Positions 45,501-58,769 of a DNA stretch of 64,000 nt are shown here, in pieces. Made by a program: the position numbers and the translations under genes. Position 1 is the stretch's first letter; each line of letters starts with the position of its first letter. Under the pieces are notes generated by a model that saw nothing but the letters and a program-made list of their open reading frames with translations, made no database searches and was not told the origin of the DNA. Source of the stretch: Penicillus capitatus (taxonomy: Eukaryota > Plantae > Chlorophyta); contig OZ287697.1 of NCBI GenBank assembly GCA_965649825.1, forward strand, positions 1,288,351 to 1,352,350, written 5' to 3'.

Positions 45501-48383
45501 GTCTGGCATCTGCTATCGTGACTGAGCTGTTCGAATTCGCGAAGATGAAGCCGCCATCCGACCCAGCGGTTCCTCCTCGAAACTCCGAAAGCGTGATGTT
45601 CAAACTGGACTCTTCGACATGGAAAGTGCCGCCACTCCCAGAGCAGTTGTTATTCTCAGAAATCACACGGATGACTGAACCATCAGTTCCACTCTGATAA
45701 ACGGCCCCTCCGTTGCGCGCAGAGTTGCCCTTGACTGTCACGTCCGTGAGGCGGAAGCTGCATCGCTTGAAGAGGATCCCGCCTCCAAGGGCGTTTGCTG
45801 TGTTGCCCTCGATGACCATTCCCTCGCCTGTGAAGTTCTTCCTCTCTACAACAATTGCCCCACCGCTGTTCTCTGCTTCATTCTCCGAGAAGTTGCTGTT
45901 CGAGATGTGCGTGATCATATCGATAAGATGCATCGCGCCTCCGTCTCCTGAAGACGTGCAGTTTTGCATGACCGTGTCCTGGATATGCAGGGATCCATTG
46001 AGGGCCTGCAGGCAGCCACCGAGTCTCGCATTGCCGTTCCTGAATGTCGAACTGCTGATGGAGACACTGGAGTCTTTCTTGACGTACAGAATTCCACCGT
46101 TCGCCGCAGTGCTGCTGTTGTCGAAAGTGCAATTGACGAGGGTCGTCTTTGATGCATCGATGAAGAATGATCCGCCCTCGGTGTCAACGGTACTGTTGAC
46201 GAAGGAGACATTGACAAAGCGCGCAACGGCTTTCTGTTCTTGGAACACCACTCCTCCATTGTCTGCCTCGGTATTGCTGAACACAGAGTCTCGCACTGAT
46301 ATATTCGTCCAAGATCTCACGAAGAGACCTCCTGCATGATCGCCAGCCACATTGCCGTCAGCGATCAATCCCTTTGCGGTGATCGTGGAGGATGATTCCG
46401 CAAACAGAAGTGCACCGTCGTCTTCTGCACGGTTGGATGTCATGGTGGAATTGGTGATGACAGCAGTGGCGTTCGTGAGCCGCACGGCACCGCCATCGAC
46501 TTGGGAAACACATTTATGCAGTGTGACGTGCTCGAGCTTGAAATGGCCCTGGTATGCCTGAAGACATCCGCCGTCTGCTCTGGCTTGACCGTCTTCGAGC
46601 ATTGAGTGTGACATGGTGACTGTAGCGTTGTCTCGGATGGCAAAGAACCCTCCATTCTCTGCGCTGCCGTTTGCAAAGTTGCATTCGCTGAAGGTCATGT
46701 TCGCTTCAAATAAGCGAAGGGATCCACCGTTCTCTTCTGCCGAGTTCTGCGTGAAGAGCACACGGGTGAAATGCCCTTCTACCGTTCCCATCGCACAAGT
46801 CGCCCCTCCGATTCGCGCCTTGTTCTCCTCAAACGCGGCGTCGCTCACAACGAGCCTGGTCTGACCCTCGACGTAAATGGCACCCCCTTCGTTGTCGGCA
46901 TTGTTTTCTTTCAGCAGGATTCCATCCGCTGTGATGTCGGAGTTCACTGCGTAGACGCCTCCGCCGTTGTCTTGTGATGAACATGACGTCACTGTTACGT
47001 TCTTGATGAAGGCTCTCGTGTCCCGCATAACGATGGCCCCGCCTTTCTTTGCCCTGGTACCATCGATGGACGAATGGCGCAGGGTCACATCTGAGTCCTC
47101 TTGGGAAAAGATCGGGGCTCCATCTTCAATTTCGATGTCTCGAAACTGGCAATTGTCGATCACAGCTGTAGAATGCGTGAGATGAATGCAGGAACTGCGT
47201 GAGCGATTCCTCGTTTCAGCGTTTGGAGGGATGCCCGAGAATTCAGAATCTCTGAGCTTAAGTCGACCGTCCTCGATTCGGAAGATCTCCACCTCGTTAG
47301 CGAATGCCTTAATGCCTCTGGCATCGGTTTTCGATTCTTGGTTGCCACGGATGAAATGGGCGTCGCGTGTGCCGGATTTCAGCACCCCCTCGATGACGAC
47401 ATCCCTCAGCAGGTTATCTGCGGACAAGACGACGCCACAGGCACCGCCGCATTCGTTTCGCTCGAATGTGACGTCGACCAGTTCCATCCTCGAACAGGAT
47501 GATGCGCCCCCATCAACACCCGAGGCGCCGACGAGCACATTGTCCTTGAAGCTAACATGGCGCAGCTGGATGACGCCCTCGGTGTCCGTTGACAGGCATT
47601 CCTCTACCTCCACAATAGCCCTGGATTCGCCAGAGCCTTCGAAGTGACAGCCCTCGAAACGAAGATTGGCCAATACCACACTATCGGTCCTGAAACGCGA
47701 AACGCCATTCGCCCCTTTCGTTGCAACACGAGAATTGCACTCACTTGACAAGGAAGATGCCCTCTTGTGAATTAGGGCAGGTGAAGGTCGCCTTTCTCGG
47801 AGCTCGTGGGTAGACGCCGTCGATGCCTCGAGTGCGATTCTCCGTCACTGAGCTGATGGTGAGATTCCACGGAATCGCGAGTCGCCTTACAGGCTTGACA
47901 GAACCGCGAACGTCGACAAGCAGCGTATCGCCTTTCTGCGTGCAGTTGACAACGACCTGGAGGTCGTTCTTTACTTCATGGAGAACTGCCTCGTCGATGA
48001 GCCACGTGCGCGTTTGGGCGTGAAGGTATTTTCGTTTTTGTTGGGCTCCGAGGTCGCACTCGTACTCTGCGCAGACACAAAGGCCCGACGTTCGGCATCA
48101 CGCCCCGGGCGTTGTTCGTGGATTGACCTGTACGAAGAGATACGCCGTCGGCGTCGCCGTGCATCTCTTCCTGCAGCACGCGTCGACGTTGACTCCCGTG
48201 GCTATCTCCTCGTCGCGAAAGTGCGTTGGGATCGGTGTCGGCGCTCGACAGTCCAGCGCTGTCCACCACAGGTCGCATGTCCCCTAGTGGTGGCGTTTTG
48301 TGTGCTAACGTATTTTGAGATGAGGGCCGACATGAGACAGTTGTCAGCAGCAAGACGTGAAGTAGGAGGAATTTGAGAGGCAT
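42534..48383 (-). CDS. Gene G: same family, 1843 aa; divergent signal and pro-region, helix type gamma (distantly colinear with alpha), stalk II (C-like), membrane class 2
   Basis: Exons 48383-48128, 48066-47745, 47689-45228, 45179-44215, 44160-43780, 43726-43636, 43588-42534 (5532 nt). Signal MPLKFLLLHVLLLTTVSC. Intron 6 has a GC donor (CAG|GCGAGA at 43635). Confidence 0.85.
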
Positions 48384-50829
48384 GGTTTTCGAGAGTGCAT
48401 ACAACGACGTGCTGATTGGCTTTGAGCTCACTTTGCATCCAAGTTCGTAACAGTCACTCCATCTATGTTATGATATGCGCCTGTCCCCTCAACCGTGGAA
48501 GCTATCTCACACGGACGGAGTTATCTGCAAGCGTCCAGTTGTCTCTACCGTCCCGGAAGCGCAGCGATTCGACCGCTCGCAGCTCGGTTCTGCGACAGAA
48601 ATGGCAGCTGGAGCTTGCTGGACTGTCTGCTAAACTTACTGGCCTGCATCGTTCGTTGACCCGCATCGGGAGGACTCACTGGGACGAAGTTCTCGCGAAG
48701 ATATCCGTGTCGGACCACGAAGTCGGTTACTTTTCGCAAGTGGCGGCGGGGGTTTTTGTCGTGTCCTCGTGCACCCCTTCCTACAAGACGTAAATTTGAA
48801 TGTAACTATCGATTTGGTCTAAAGCTTCAGCACTGGACGCCTTATCCTTGGCCCTTGAATAAGCTTTCTTCTCTAACCGCTTCGGCGGCTTGTCTTCAGT
48901 GGCCGACATTAAGAACACTACGTTTGTCGTACTCTCGCATGTACTGTACGGGTTTTGCAAGTTTGCCGTCGAAGAGTCAGTCACATCACGAGATCGAACT
49001 CTGGTGTGAGGAGTAAAGACGAACGCTGCTCGTCCCGTCGGCCTTGCAGCAGCAAGAGGGTGTGCATTTTATCCCTGTTGTCCAATCGACCTTGATGCTT
49101 TGAGTTTTCGAGTAATGCGATCAGAGGAACGAAGTCCTGAGGAAGGTTTCCGATCTCGACTGTTGGAAGTCTACCTACCCTCTTGCCTGTTCCAGGTAAG
49201 AGCACCCGGATGTTCTTGCTGTCTGTTGAGAGTGAGTTGCTTGTTCTTGGTGATTAAGGCACGTATACGAATTCCGCTCGACAGAGGCATCTCTGCTAAA
49301 ACGACAGGGGATATGATGATGGTCTTCTACCTAATGAACCCATTTTGTTCGCACCTGATGTAAAAGCCGATAACCGTCGTTTCAATGGCAAGAATGGCTG
49401 TATCAGGCTTAATCAAAGCGGATGCTTTCGTTGATCTGGGCGCCACCCGCACTGCTTTGAATTCTCTTCTTTGGAGATGTGTGTAGCACAGTGAAGATGT
49501 TCAATCTCGTGCTCGAAATGTGATTTCCTACGGACTCATCGATGTACCAAGCAGCAGAAATGGATGAATGCTTGATGTTCCCTCGATCTCCGGAGCTTTG
49601 AAAGGGCTTCTTGCATGTGACCGGCGGCAAAGGCGTTGTTCTTTCTCGTTAAGTGAAAGCCGTTTGTATCCTCGGCCACCTCCTCGTCATTCTGTTCTCT
49701 GTGTATTCTTGAAAGTGCAATCGATGTGTGTTCACACAACATCACTGCGTTCTTTCGCTTCTTGGGTCTGTACCAGTAGTCAGATCAGTGACAGCTCGAA
49801 GGACATTAGAGTAAAGGCTCGGAAGAGGGATTCGGCGCACGTTTCTCTCTCTTTCACTGTCCTTGCTCGGTGCCTTGAGATTAGTTGAAGGAGAGAACCT
49901 GTTCAGAATAACGACCTCCACAAAGCGCATCTCTCTGTTCTCATAAAGAGTCCGTTTCTGTTCAACGGCTCGTCTCGGTGAGCTTTCGTCTTCTCTACTC
50001 TTCCACTACTTCACAGCCAGGGCGTACAATCTGACAGTACGATGACATTCATCTGCCGTGGTTCCTCATCTTTCGTACGCATCTGAAGCCATCAGAGTTT
50101 GCTTTACATCCAGGTCTGGTGGCAGAATTGCAGAGAACTCCTCGGACAATCGCATCTTTCGACGATGCAAGGATCTGCTCATCCTTGAGGTCATCCTTGT
50201 GTCATTACCATCTGGACGTGCAGGGGTCGATGAGTGGCAGTTTGATGACGGATACAGGAACAGAGCATACTGGTAAAACTCTTGCTACGTGAAGGATAGA
50301 CGATGTCCATCCGATCTTCAATTTTACGCAGATGAAGCTGTGTCGCTTGCTGGATGTCTACAAGAGGGGTACTTTGAGCAACCATCGTACGGTGGTAAAA
50401 TTCTCTTGTAAATGGCACAAACGTGGCGACCACGAGAATCTGTTTGCTATCTAGCGAAAGCTTTCTTTACTCATATTGTGACAAAACTCGTGAGTGCTCT
50501 TGTTTCAAGCCTACAAATCACGCAGCACGAAGAACGAGGAGCAAACGGTGTAACTTTCGTTTCTCGTAGTCCGTATGGCAGGATCCCATTGTCTTTGTAC
50601 ACTTTCTTCTGAGCAGCTCGTCCGTCTTCACAATGCAAAGGCATCGCGCGGGGTGGATTCCAGATCCGTGAGGGTTTCCTGTGACCTCGCATCTCCGTTG
50701 GAATATATGTTGGTTGGTGTCGCCATTCAAAGATGGCTCCTTTTCTTCGCTAAGACGGTCTTACGTGTCCTGTGACGCTAAGACGAGTGGACGACTTCTT
50801 CCTGGCGAACATCATCCAGCTGCACGGTC

Positions 50830-51250
50830 GCATTCTCTGGCCAAATTCGCCGACGTCACGTCAGCACGATAAAACAAAGTAGCAAAGTACGGACAGTTTT
50901 ACAACAGCGAAGGCAGAGGCTGCTTCAACGCTGCTACCAAGATCCAGCTACGGTCAGCGGTGTCCTAAGCTGCATGTACTCCGCGGTTGTTCGTTGCATC
51001 CGAGCATGTAAGGTCCTGTTCACTCTGAAAGGACATCCAGGGGCCAACGAGGCAAACAGATGCTCGAAGAGGAATGTTGCGTCGTTTCTGGTCCCGAGGG
51101 AAGAACAAGGGAGGTAGGCATGCGAGTATCACAGACTCTGTCTGACAAATGGTCGCCGGGTCAGTTGCGTAGCGACTGAAGTAGAATCGTTCCTCGCCTC
51201 ATTTAGATATGAGTTTCATCTGTCTAGTCTCATTCTGACTACAAAAGCCG
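50830..51250 (+). promoter_or_regulatory. Upstream block of gene H with variant TATA box (GACTACAAAAGCC, 51237-51249)
   Basis: Homologous to the C, A and B upstream blocks. The element lies 60 nt before the ATG. G and H are divergently oriented across 48384-51299. Confidence 0.65.
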
Positions 51251-51299
51251 TACGTTTGCTGACAACTGTTGGAGTTTCCGTTGAGTAATCTTTCAAAAC

Positions 51300-54200
51300 A
51301 TGCGACGCCGTTTCCTTGCTTTGTTGTTGACGTGGGCGATGCTCGGCGCAGACGCGAGCAAATTCGCCCGTCCGAAGTCCCATATCCGTCGAGGTCTGGC
51401 CGCAGAGACGTCCGAAGATGCCTCGGCCGCTCGTTCTTTGGACGGAGTCTCAACCTCGAATCCATCGGCACTTTCAGAAACAACGGCACCTGCGCCGACT
51501 CAAGCGACGAAGACTTCCTCGTTTCCGACGAGGCACGAGGACGAAGCGGCGGATCCGTCTCCTACGTCCCAGATGAGTGTAACTGGAGAGGAGGAACGTC
51601 CTTCTATTGCTGATCGAGGTCGGAGCCAGGGGCGCTCTCTCAAACAAGATGACGGCCAAGATGACGAAGCTCTCGAAAGTAAGACTACTTCTGTCTGCGA
51701 GAACTCTTTCTTGACGCCTATGGTCTTGGTGTTCGCAGGTCTTCCTTGTTCGCTCAGCGAACGAACCCTAAAAGAGCATCTGAACGCAGAGACAAGAACG
51801 TGGCGCATTAGCCCTTCGCTTCTCGCTGACGTCGAAGATGACATCCAAGTCATAGTCAACTGCACGAGGCCAGGTGACGTCCTAACCTTCAGTCCGAGGC
51901 GAAGATTCCGGCCATCTTCGCGCATCGTCATACCATGGCCACTGACGCTGACAGCACCAGTGAACAGTTCCGAGGTCGAGGAAGAAGTGTTTCCGCTTTC
52001 CGACTCAAAGGCGACCTTCACCTGTCCGAACAGAAAAGAGGGCGTCTTCTTTGTGAAGTGAGCTTTGAGTCCCTAAGTATTGAAGTATGACGTTGCTTTA
52101 ATGTTTAGGTCGACAGGTGTACTTCTCGCCAATCTGGTCTTCGAGGACTGCTCGTTCGACTCCGAGAGTCCTGGGTCCATCGTCGAAGTTGAAAACTGCA
52201 CTTCCAATCACATCAAAGACGCCATCCAGCTCCACCATGTCAGCTTCAAGAACAACACCCTGATCAACGGTACAGGACTCGCCATGCAGTCTCCATCTTG
52301 CTCTGAGCTGGAGTTGATCGACTTCGTCTTCGAGAACAACACCTGCAATGGCAGATGCGGCGTGATCTTGTCTAGGCGAAACCGTCTGAGTGGTATCGTC
52401 GTTCAGCACAACAAGCCGCATGCCTCTGCAAACATTGACACGATGGTGTTCTATGCGCCTCCTGGATCAGAGACGTCAGTTGATCACATGAACAGTTCAA
52501 ATAACCGATTCTCAAGTCTCGAAGTCGATGACGGATCTCTGAATATGACAGAGACTGTTTTCACGCGGAATTGGTTCGTCATTAGCGAGAATGGTGCGAG
52601 CAGTACATCCCTGCGCTTGAAGTCGGCAACAGTGTCGATGAAGAAGTGTCGGTTTGACCTGAACGTGGCTCAGAACGGAGGTGCCATTGACGTATCTGGA
52701 TCGAATGTCACCTTCACTGACAGCATTTTCGCAGAAAATGCCGCCGTAAACGGAGGTGTCATGGTGCTTCGCGATGACAGCATTGTCTCCATTCGATCCT
52801 GCAATTTCTCTTCGAATGAAGCTTTCGACAATGGCGGCGTGTTCCAGGCGAGACAGTCTCGATTGGTTGTCATGGACTCCTTTCTGGAAAAGAACTTGGC
52901 GAACGACACTGGTGGATGTATTTTTCTGGATCGCTCGAGTAATCTGACAATGTCATCCACGGTGATGATGAACAATACAGCTGATTATGGTGGTGCTCTT
53001 TCGCTTGAAGGGAACGCATCGGGAAATGTGATCAATTCGACTTTCTTCATGAACAGTGCATCCACATCTGGCGGCGCCGCTTACGTCGAAGACTCCCTAA
53101 TCTCAGTTCAGAAGTGTCAGTTTGCCAATGGGTCTGCAAAATTCGGAGGAGGAATCGTATCGCTGTTTTCTAAGATCTCCATTGAGAATACCTCCGCATC
53201 CGACATGTCTGCGCGTCAGTATGGTGGATTCTTATCTGCCCAAACTTCCGAGATACGCTTAAAAAACTGTTCGTTCTCGAACAACAAAGCCGTTATTCGT
53301 GGAGGTGTTCTTACATGTCGTCCCAACTGCAGTTTCTCGGACACGGGATCGCAGTACTTCGGCAATTCGGCAGACTACGGTGGCGCTATTGACCTCTCGA
53401 TTAACTCAACTGGCAGCATCACCGACTGCCAGTTCACGAAGAACAGTGTGTCAACAGATGGTGGCGCCGTTTACGTCCCAGACTCCTTCTTTTCGGTTCA
53501 GCAGTGCTATTTCTCTTTGAATGAAGCTTTCGGATTTGGTGGCGTGTTTCTGGGGAAAGAGTCACGATTGGTTGTCATGGACTCCTTTCTGGAAAAGAAC
53601 TTGGCGCAGAAGACTGGTGGATGTGTTTCTCTGGATGGCTCGAGTAATCTGACAATGTCGTCCACGGTGATGATGAACAATACAGCTGATTATGGTGGTG
53701 CACTTGCGCTCGAAGGGAACACATCGGGAAATGTGATCAATTCGACTTTTCTCATGAACAATGCATCCACATCTGGCGGTGCCGCTTACGTCGAAGAATC
53801 TCTAATCTCGGTTCAGAAGTGTCAGTTCGCCGACGGTTCTGCAAAATTCGGAGGAGGAATCCACTCATTCTCTTCTAATGTCTTTGTCGAGAACACCTCC
53901 GCATCCGATATGTCTGCGCGTCGGTATGGTGGATTCCTCTCTGGTGACACTTCTGAAATACGCATGAAGAACTGCCAATTTTCAGACAACACGGCTTCCG
54001 ATGGGGGAGGCGTGATCGAATGCGATCGCTATTGCAGGTTCTCAGACACGGGATCGAGTTACTCCGGCAACTCGGCTGACATTGGTGGCGCCATTAACCT
54101 GAGAGAAAACTCATCTGGCAGCATCACCAACTGCCAGTTCACGAAGAACAGTGCGTCATCAGATGGTGGCGCCGTTCACGCCCACGACTCCGTCTTCTCA

Positions 54201-57200
54201 GTTCGGAAGTCTCACTTCACAGATGGATCTGCAGAATTTGGTGGAGCAATCCACTCATCTTCTTCAGATGTCTCCATCCAGAAGACTGAGGCTCTTCGCA
54301 TGTTTGCCAGTGAGCAAGGCGGTGCTGTCTACTTCTCCAACTCTATCTTCAAAATAATCAATACTCAGATTTCACAATGCGAGGCAGGGACCGATGGGGG
54401 TGCCATTATGGGCAATCGTTCATCGAAGCTGCTTTGCAGTGGCTGCACTTTGATCGACAACAATGCAAGTCGCGGCGGAGCTATATTCTTCGAATACAGT
54501 GACACGCAATCCATTTCCATGCAACTGGACAACAGTATTCTTCGGAACAATTTAGCCGAATATGGAGGTGTCCTTGACAAGGCAAACAACAAGAGATGTT
54601 CACGCTGATGTTTTTTAGGAGGGATCCAGATCGCCGCCGAAATGTTGTCTTTGCTGCAAAACTGTCGGACAGAACAGGATGAATGTGGAGTCGCAGTCAT
54701 GGCGAACACTACTCTGATGGATAACAAAGCACGGTCGGCAGGTGGTGCCGTCTTCATTGACACAGTTGCTGCTCTCCGACTGAACTGCTCAGACAGATCG
54801 AAAGAGCAAGGACTGGAATTCTATCCGGAAGAAGAGTGGAAGACGATAAAGCGCCTAGTATCCGTCGACGACATCTGCACATCCTGGGAAAACAACACAG
54901 CCGAGAGATACGGACCAGATGCGGGAACCTCTGCATTCAATGTTCGAAAGGAGATCGCCGATAAAGAGACTGGATTGCTGAGATTGGTACAGGAGAGTAG
55001 TTACACCATACTCAACCACAGAAGCGGAGAATCATTTCCCCAGATCATCTTAACACTAGTAGATGAACTCGGACAAGGCCCAGCTGTTGGAGAGAACAAT
55101 AAGGACATCAAGGCCGTGATGTCTTCGCCGGATGGATTCTTCGTTGGAAGTGTTCGCAAGCCTGTGGGCATCGAAGGCGCAAGACTCAGTGCCAAAGGCT
55201 TCGTGCAGTCTGGTAACTACAAAATTCTGATCGTGTTCGAGGGAGCAGACCTGGAGAGCTTCGAGATCACTGTGGAGGTGAAGCCGTGTGACATTGGTGA
55301 AGTTCCTTCCGGAAATGGGACATTCTGCGTATCTTGCAACGTCGCCTCTTACAGTTTCTCCCCAGAAGAGGATGCCGAATGCCATCCGTGTCCAGAGAAC
55401 GGAGACTGCAGCAGTCAAGTCATCCTACCAAACAGAGGATACTGGCACCAGACACCGTGCTCAGAGCACATCCAGAGATGTCTCACAGAAGAAGCGTGTG
55501 ACAGTGGCAACCGTGAAGACGCGTTATCAGAACTCACACAAGATGTGCAGACGTGTCAATTCGACGATCAGTACCTGCAGAACTACACAGAGGCGCAGTG
55601 CAGAGAGGTGAGCATCGTGCTTGACTATGGACTGCCTCAAGTGTCGTCGGGGTCTCAGGGGCATGAAGGGCCACTCTGTGGATCGTGTAAGGAATCCTAT
55701 GGCAAATCTCACTCCCATCTCTGCGAGAAGTGCCGTTCAGATGGCATCAGTGTCGTCCTAGTCGTCCTGTCGTTTCTTGTTCTGTTGGGGTTGGCCAGCA
55801 TTACCGTCAGAAGCAACCTTCTCTCAGCCTATTCGTCTCAGCAACAAACACAAGGTTCTCAGTTTTCTGCTGCCTCCACCAGCACTCGAGCAGTTCCAGC
55901 CGAGAGAAGAATAGAAATGACAGTCGTGGAGGCGATCACGGAAGGAGGCTCAACTCCGGACATTCCTCAAGAAGCTGATCCTGTTCAGTCTTCTGAAGAC
56001 GCAGAGCTCGCAAAATGGAAGGCCGTCGAGCTCTTTAAGGTCACACTTTTCTCTGTTGCCTACTGTGTTGATTCATCTTAACTGTGTTGCAGATCACAGT
56101 GAACTTTCTGCAGGTCACCGCCATAGCGATCGCTGTTGATGCACAGTGGACATTCGCATTGATCGCACTCTTCCGGACTGCAGGTGAATAAGAAACAACT
56201 AACTCTGTCCATCAGTTCCATGACACGTGGTGTGTTCTGCAGAGTTCGTCGGCGCCATCACATCGGAAGCTGTGAATCGATCCATCGACTGCCTTGTCTC
56301 GGCAGAAACTTCTCTGCAGCGATCAGTCGTTAGTACACTGGTGGATGCATTGCAGCCGATTGCATGCATCCTTGTCTTTATCGTTTTCTGGCTGCTGATC
56401 AAGATCAGACGCAGCGAGTCGTGGACTTACCTGTTGAGGAAGTGTGTCCTCAGCTCTCTGGTCGTCTTCTACATCAGCTACATGTCTGCCACCAAGACAC
56501 TCATCAACATCTTTAACTGTGTCGAAGTCCACGATTCAGCAACAGTTGGAATCGATGAGACAACAAACTACTGGGCAGTGGACACCGGCGTTGAGTGCTA
56601 CGAGGGATCGCATGCCGCGCTAGCTTACCTGTTGGCATGGCCATTCCTCGTCATCTTCACTGTTGGGTTTCCGCTCTCCATCGCATTCCTGGTTGTCAAG
56701 AAGGTTACAGGAGACTACAAGGATGGCTGGATCTACGAAGTCAGCGGCTTCGTGTATCGATCCTTCAGTAAGAAGTTCATTTTCTGGGAAACCGTGATCA
56801 TGATCAGGAAAGCCTTGCTCGTTGTGGTGATCGTTTTCTCTTATGAAGTGGGGTCTATCATCCAAGCTGTTCTGGCCTCCTTCATCCTGATCATGGCCCT
56901 TTACCTTCAGACCAAATGTCGTCCTTACCGCGTGGAGTTTGATTCTCTCAATGATGTGGAGAGTCTTTCCATTACGATTTCGTCTCTCACGTTTATCTTC
57001 AGCACATTTTTTGGAGTCGATCACGTGTCGGATGAGGTTCGTGTGCTCATCAGTGTTCTCTTGTGCCTTGCAAACGTTTCTTTCTTTCTTTACCTCCTCA
57101 GTCTTACTGCCGTCTTTGCAGCCGAGTACCTCAAAACTGTACTGGCTGGGGAAGGAATTCGTATCTCGTCGACAGATGACACGTTTCGAATTCTCACGAC

Positions 57201-57297
57201 GTATTTGATTGATTACCTGTTCATGAATGCGAAGAATGTCATGACGAGATGGGGTCAACCTGCCAGATCTTATCGCTACCGTCGTCCTGAAGTTTGA
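51300..57297 (+). CDS. Gene H: same family, 1890 aa; beta-type helix with a 235-aa duplication, stalk III, membrane class 2
   Basis: Exons 51300-51678, 51739-52057, 52109-54567, 54619-55607, 55659-56039, 56093-56183, 56243-57297 (5673 nt). All introns are GT..AG. Confidence 0.88.
52815..54224 (+). repeat. In-frame internal tandem duplication of 705 nt (235 aa) in the gene H beta-helix
   Basis: AATGAAGCTTTC occurs at 52815 and 53520. Both units carry SRLVVMDSFLEKNLA..TGGC..LD.SSNLTMSSTVMMNNTADYGGAL.LEGN.SGNVINSTF.MN.ASTSGGAAYVE.SLISVQKCQFA.GSAKFGGGI. Confidence 0.9.
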
Positions 57298-58769
57298 AGT
57301 GGCTTCATCATGTTTTACATGTCGATTTGTGGCGGGTGAAGAAAAGCGATCGTAGTTCTCTCCCCTTGTTGTTGTCAATGACGACGGGGTTCTCAAAAGA
57401 ACAGCAACTGTCGATGAACATGTGTTTAAGGAAGAGTGTCTGGGTGTTTTTTAATTATTCTCTCCAACATCGTTTTCGATACGCTGCGATCACCGACTGC
57501 TCGATGCAGAATGTATAGGAAGATTCTGATTCTGACACCTGCAGAACGCAGCAGGTTACAAAAGAGCATCTCCTTTTCGGATTCTCTGTTTGGAGAGAGG
57601 GAATACCTGTCGACTGCGACGACTTCTGTGTCGTTGCAGACGTTTCGTGGTGCGTGTCTGATGAAAAGAATACGAGTGCCCGTTTCCAACACGCAAAGTG
57701 TGACGAAGTGCGAGAATGTCTGCGGCGCTGTCGCAACGCTGTATCGTCGTAGATCTCACTCAAGGACAGGAGTATCGCCTGCTAGTGCATTCTCAGAAGC
57801 AGACAACGCGTCGACTACAGACTCACGCGACAGAGATCTTACAAAGTTCTTTCAATCTGAGAAGTAGACTGTCATGAGACTCGACTCGATCCTTAACAGA
57901 GCGCCACTGTTGCAGCTGAGCGTTTCGTTTTTGAAATCACCTAACGCACTATGTGCGTATCAGAAGCAGAGCTTGCGAATGCGGTGCTATGTCGGTCGCT
58001 CTGGATGCAGAAGCCCGTTGAGTGATGGTACACGGTCCGCTTGTCAGGACACTGCACAGAGCAGTAGCTTCCTCATGGAAACCGAACTTTGCGAGGCCTT
58101 AGTTTTGGACTTTCATTGGAGATCATACTGTCGCCGTCATCGTCGAGGTCCGAGTGGCGGTGGTGTGAGCGATCTGATAGTGTTGGAATCGGGAAGCGCT
58201 GATGCGACAGCAAAGAGAATGCTGTGACGCTCGCGCGTAAAGGCCTTTATCTGACTGCTGTAGAAACTCGAATTCTAGAGAGCTTACCTCACGCTGTCAA
58301 AACGCTTGCGACATTCTGTCACGAGTCTAGAGCCTGCCACAGTTTCAGGTTGACAGGAAGTACACGCAAAAGAGCGGAGCGACTCGCAATGTCCGTCGTG
58401 AAAAGACGTGCCTACCGAAGACACCCAAACAGTCGCGTGAAGAAAAGAAAACCACGATGCATTTCTCGCCGTTCACGCAATGCGCTTCAAATCCCAGTAG
58501 TGGATATCGTACTTACTGTAAACAGACTTTCGCATAACTGTCAAAGCTTTTATAGGTGCCGCAGGCAAGCTCGTTGTCAGGCAGACTGTCATCGCGTTGT
58601 TGTTATGGTTACTACTGTAAGGTTCCAAGGACAATGATAGAGGTGACAGGTAGTACTTACCTCATGATGAAAAAATCGAATCCATTCCACAGAGGAATTG
58701 GTTCAAACCGATTGAGATTGTTGAGTGTCCTAGGCGTGACCTTTCTCCAAATTTCACTTTCACGACGAG

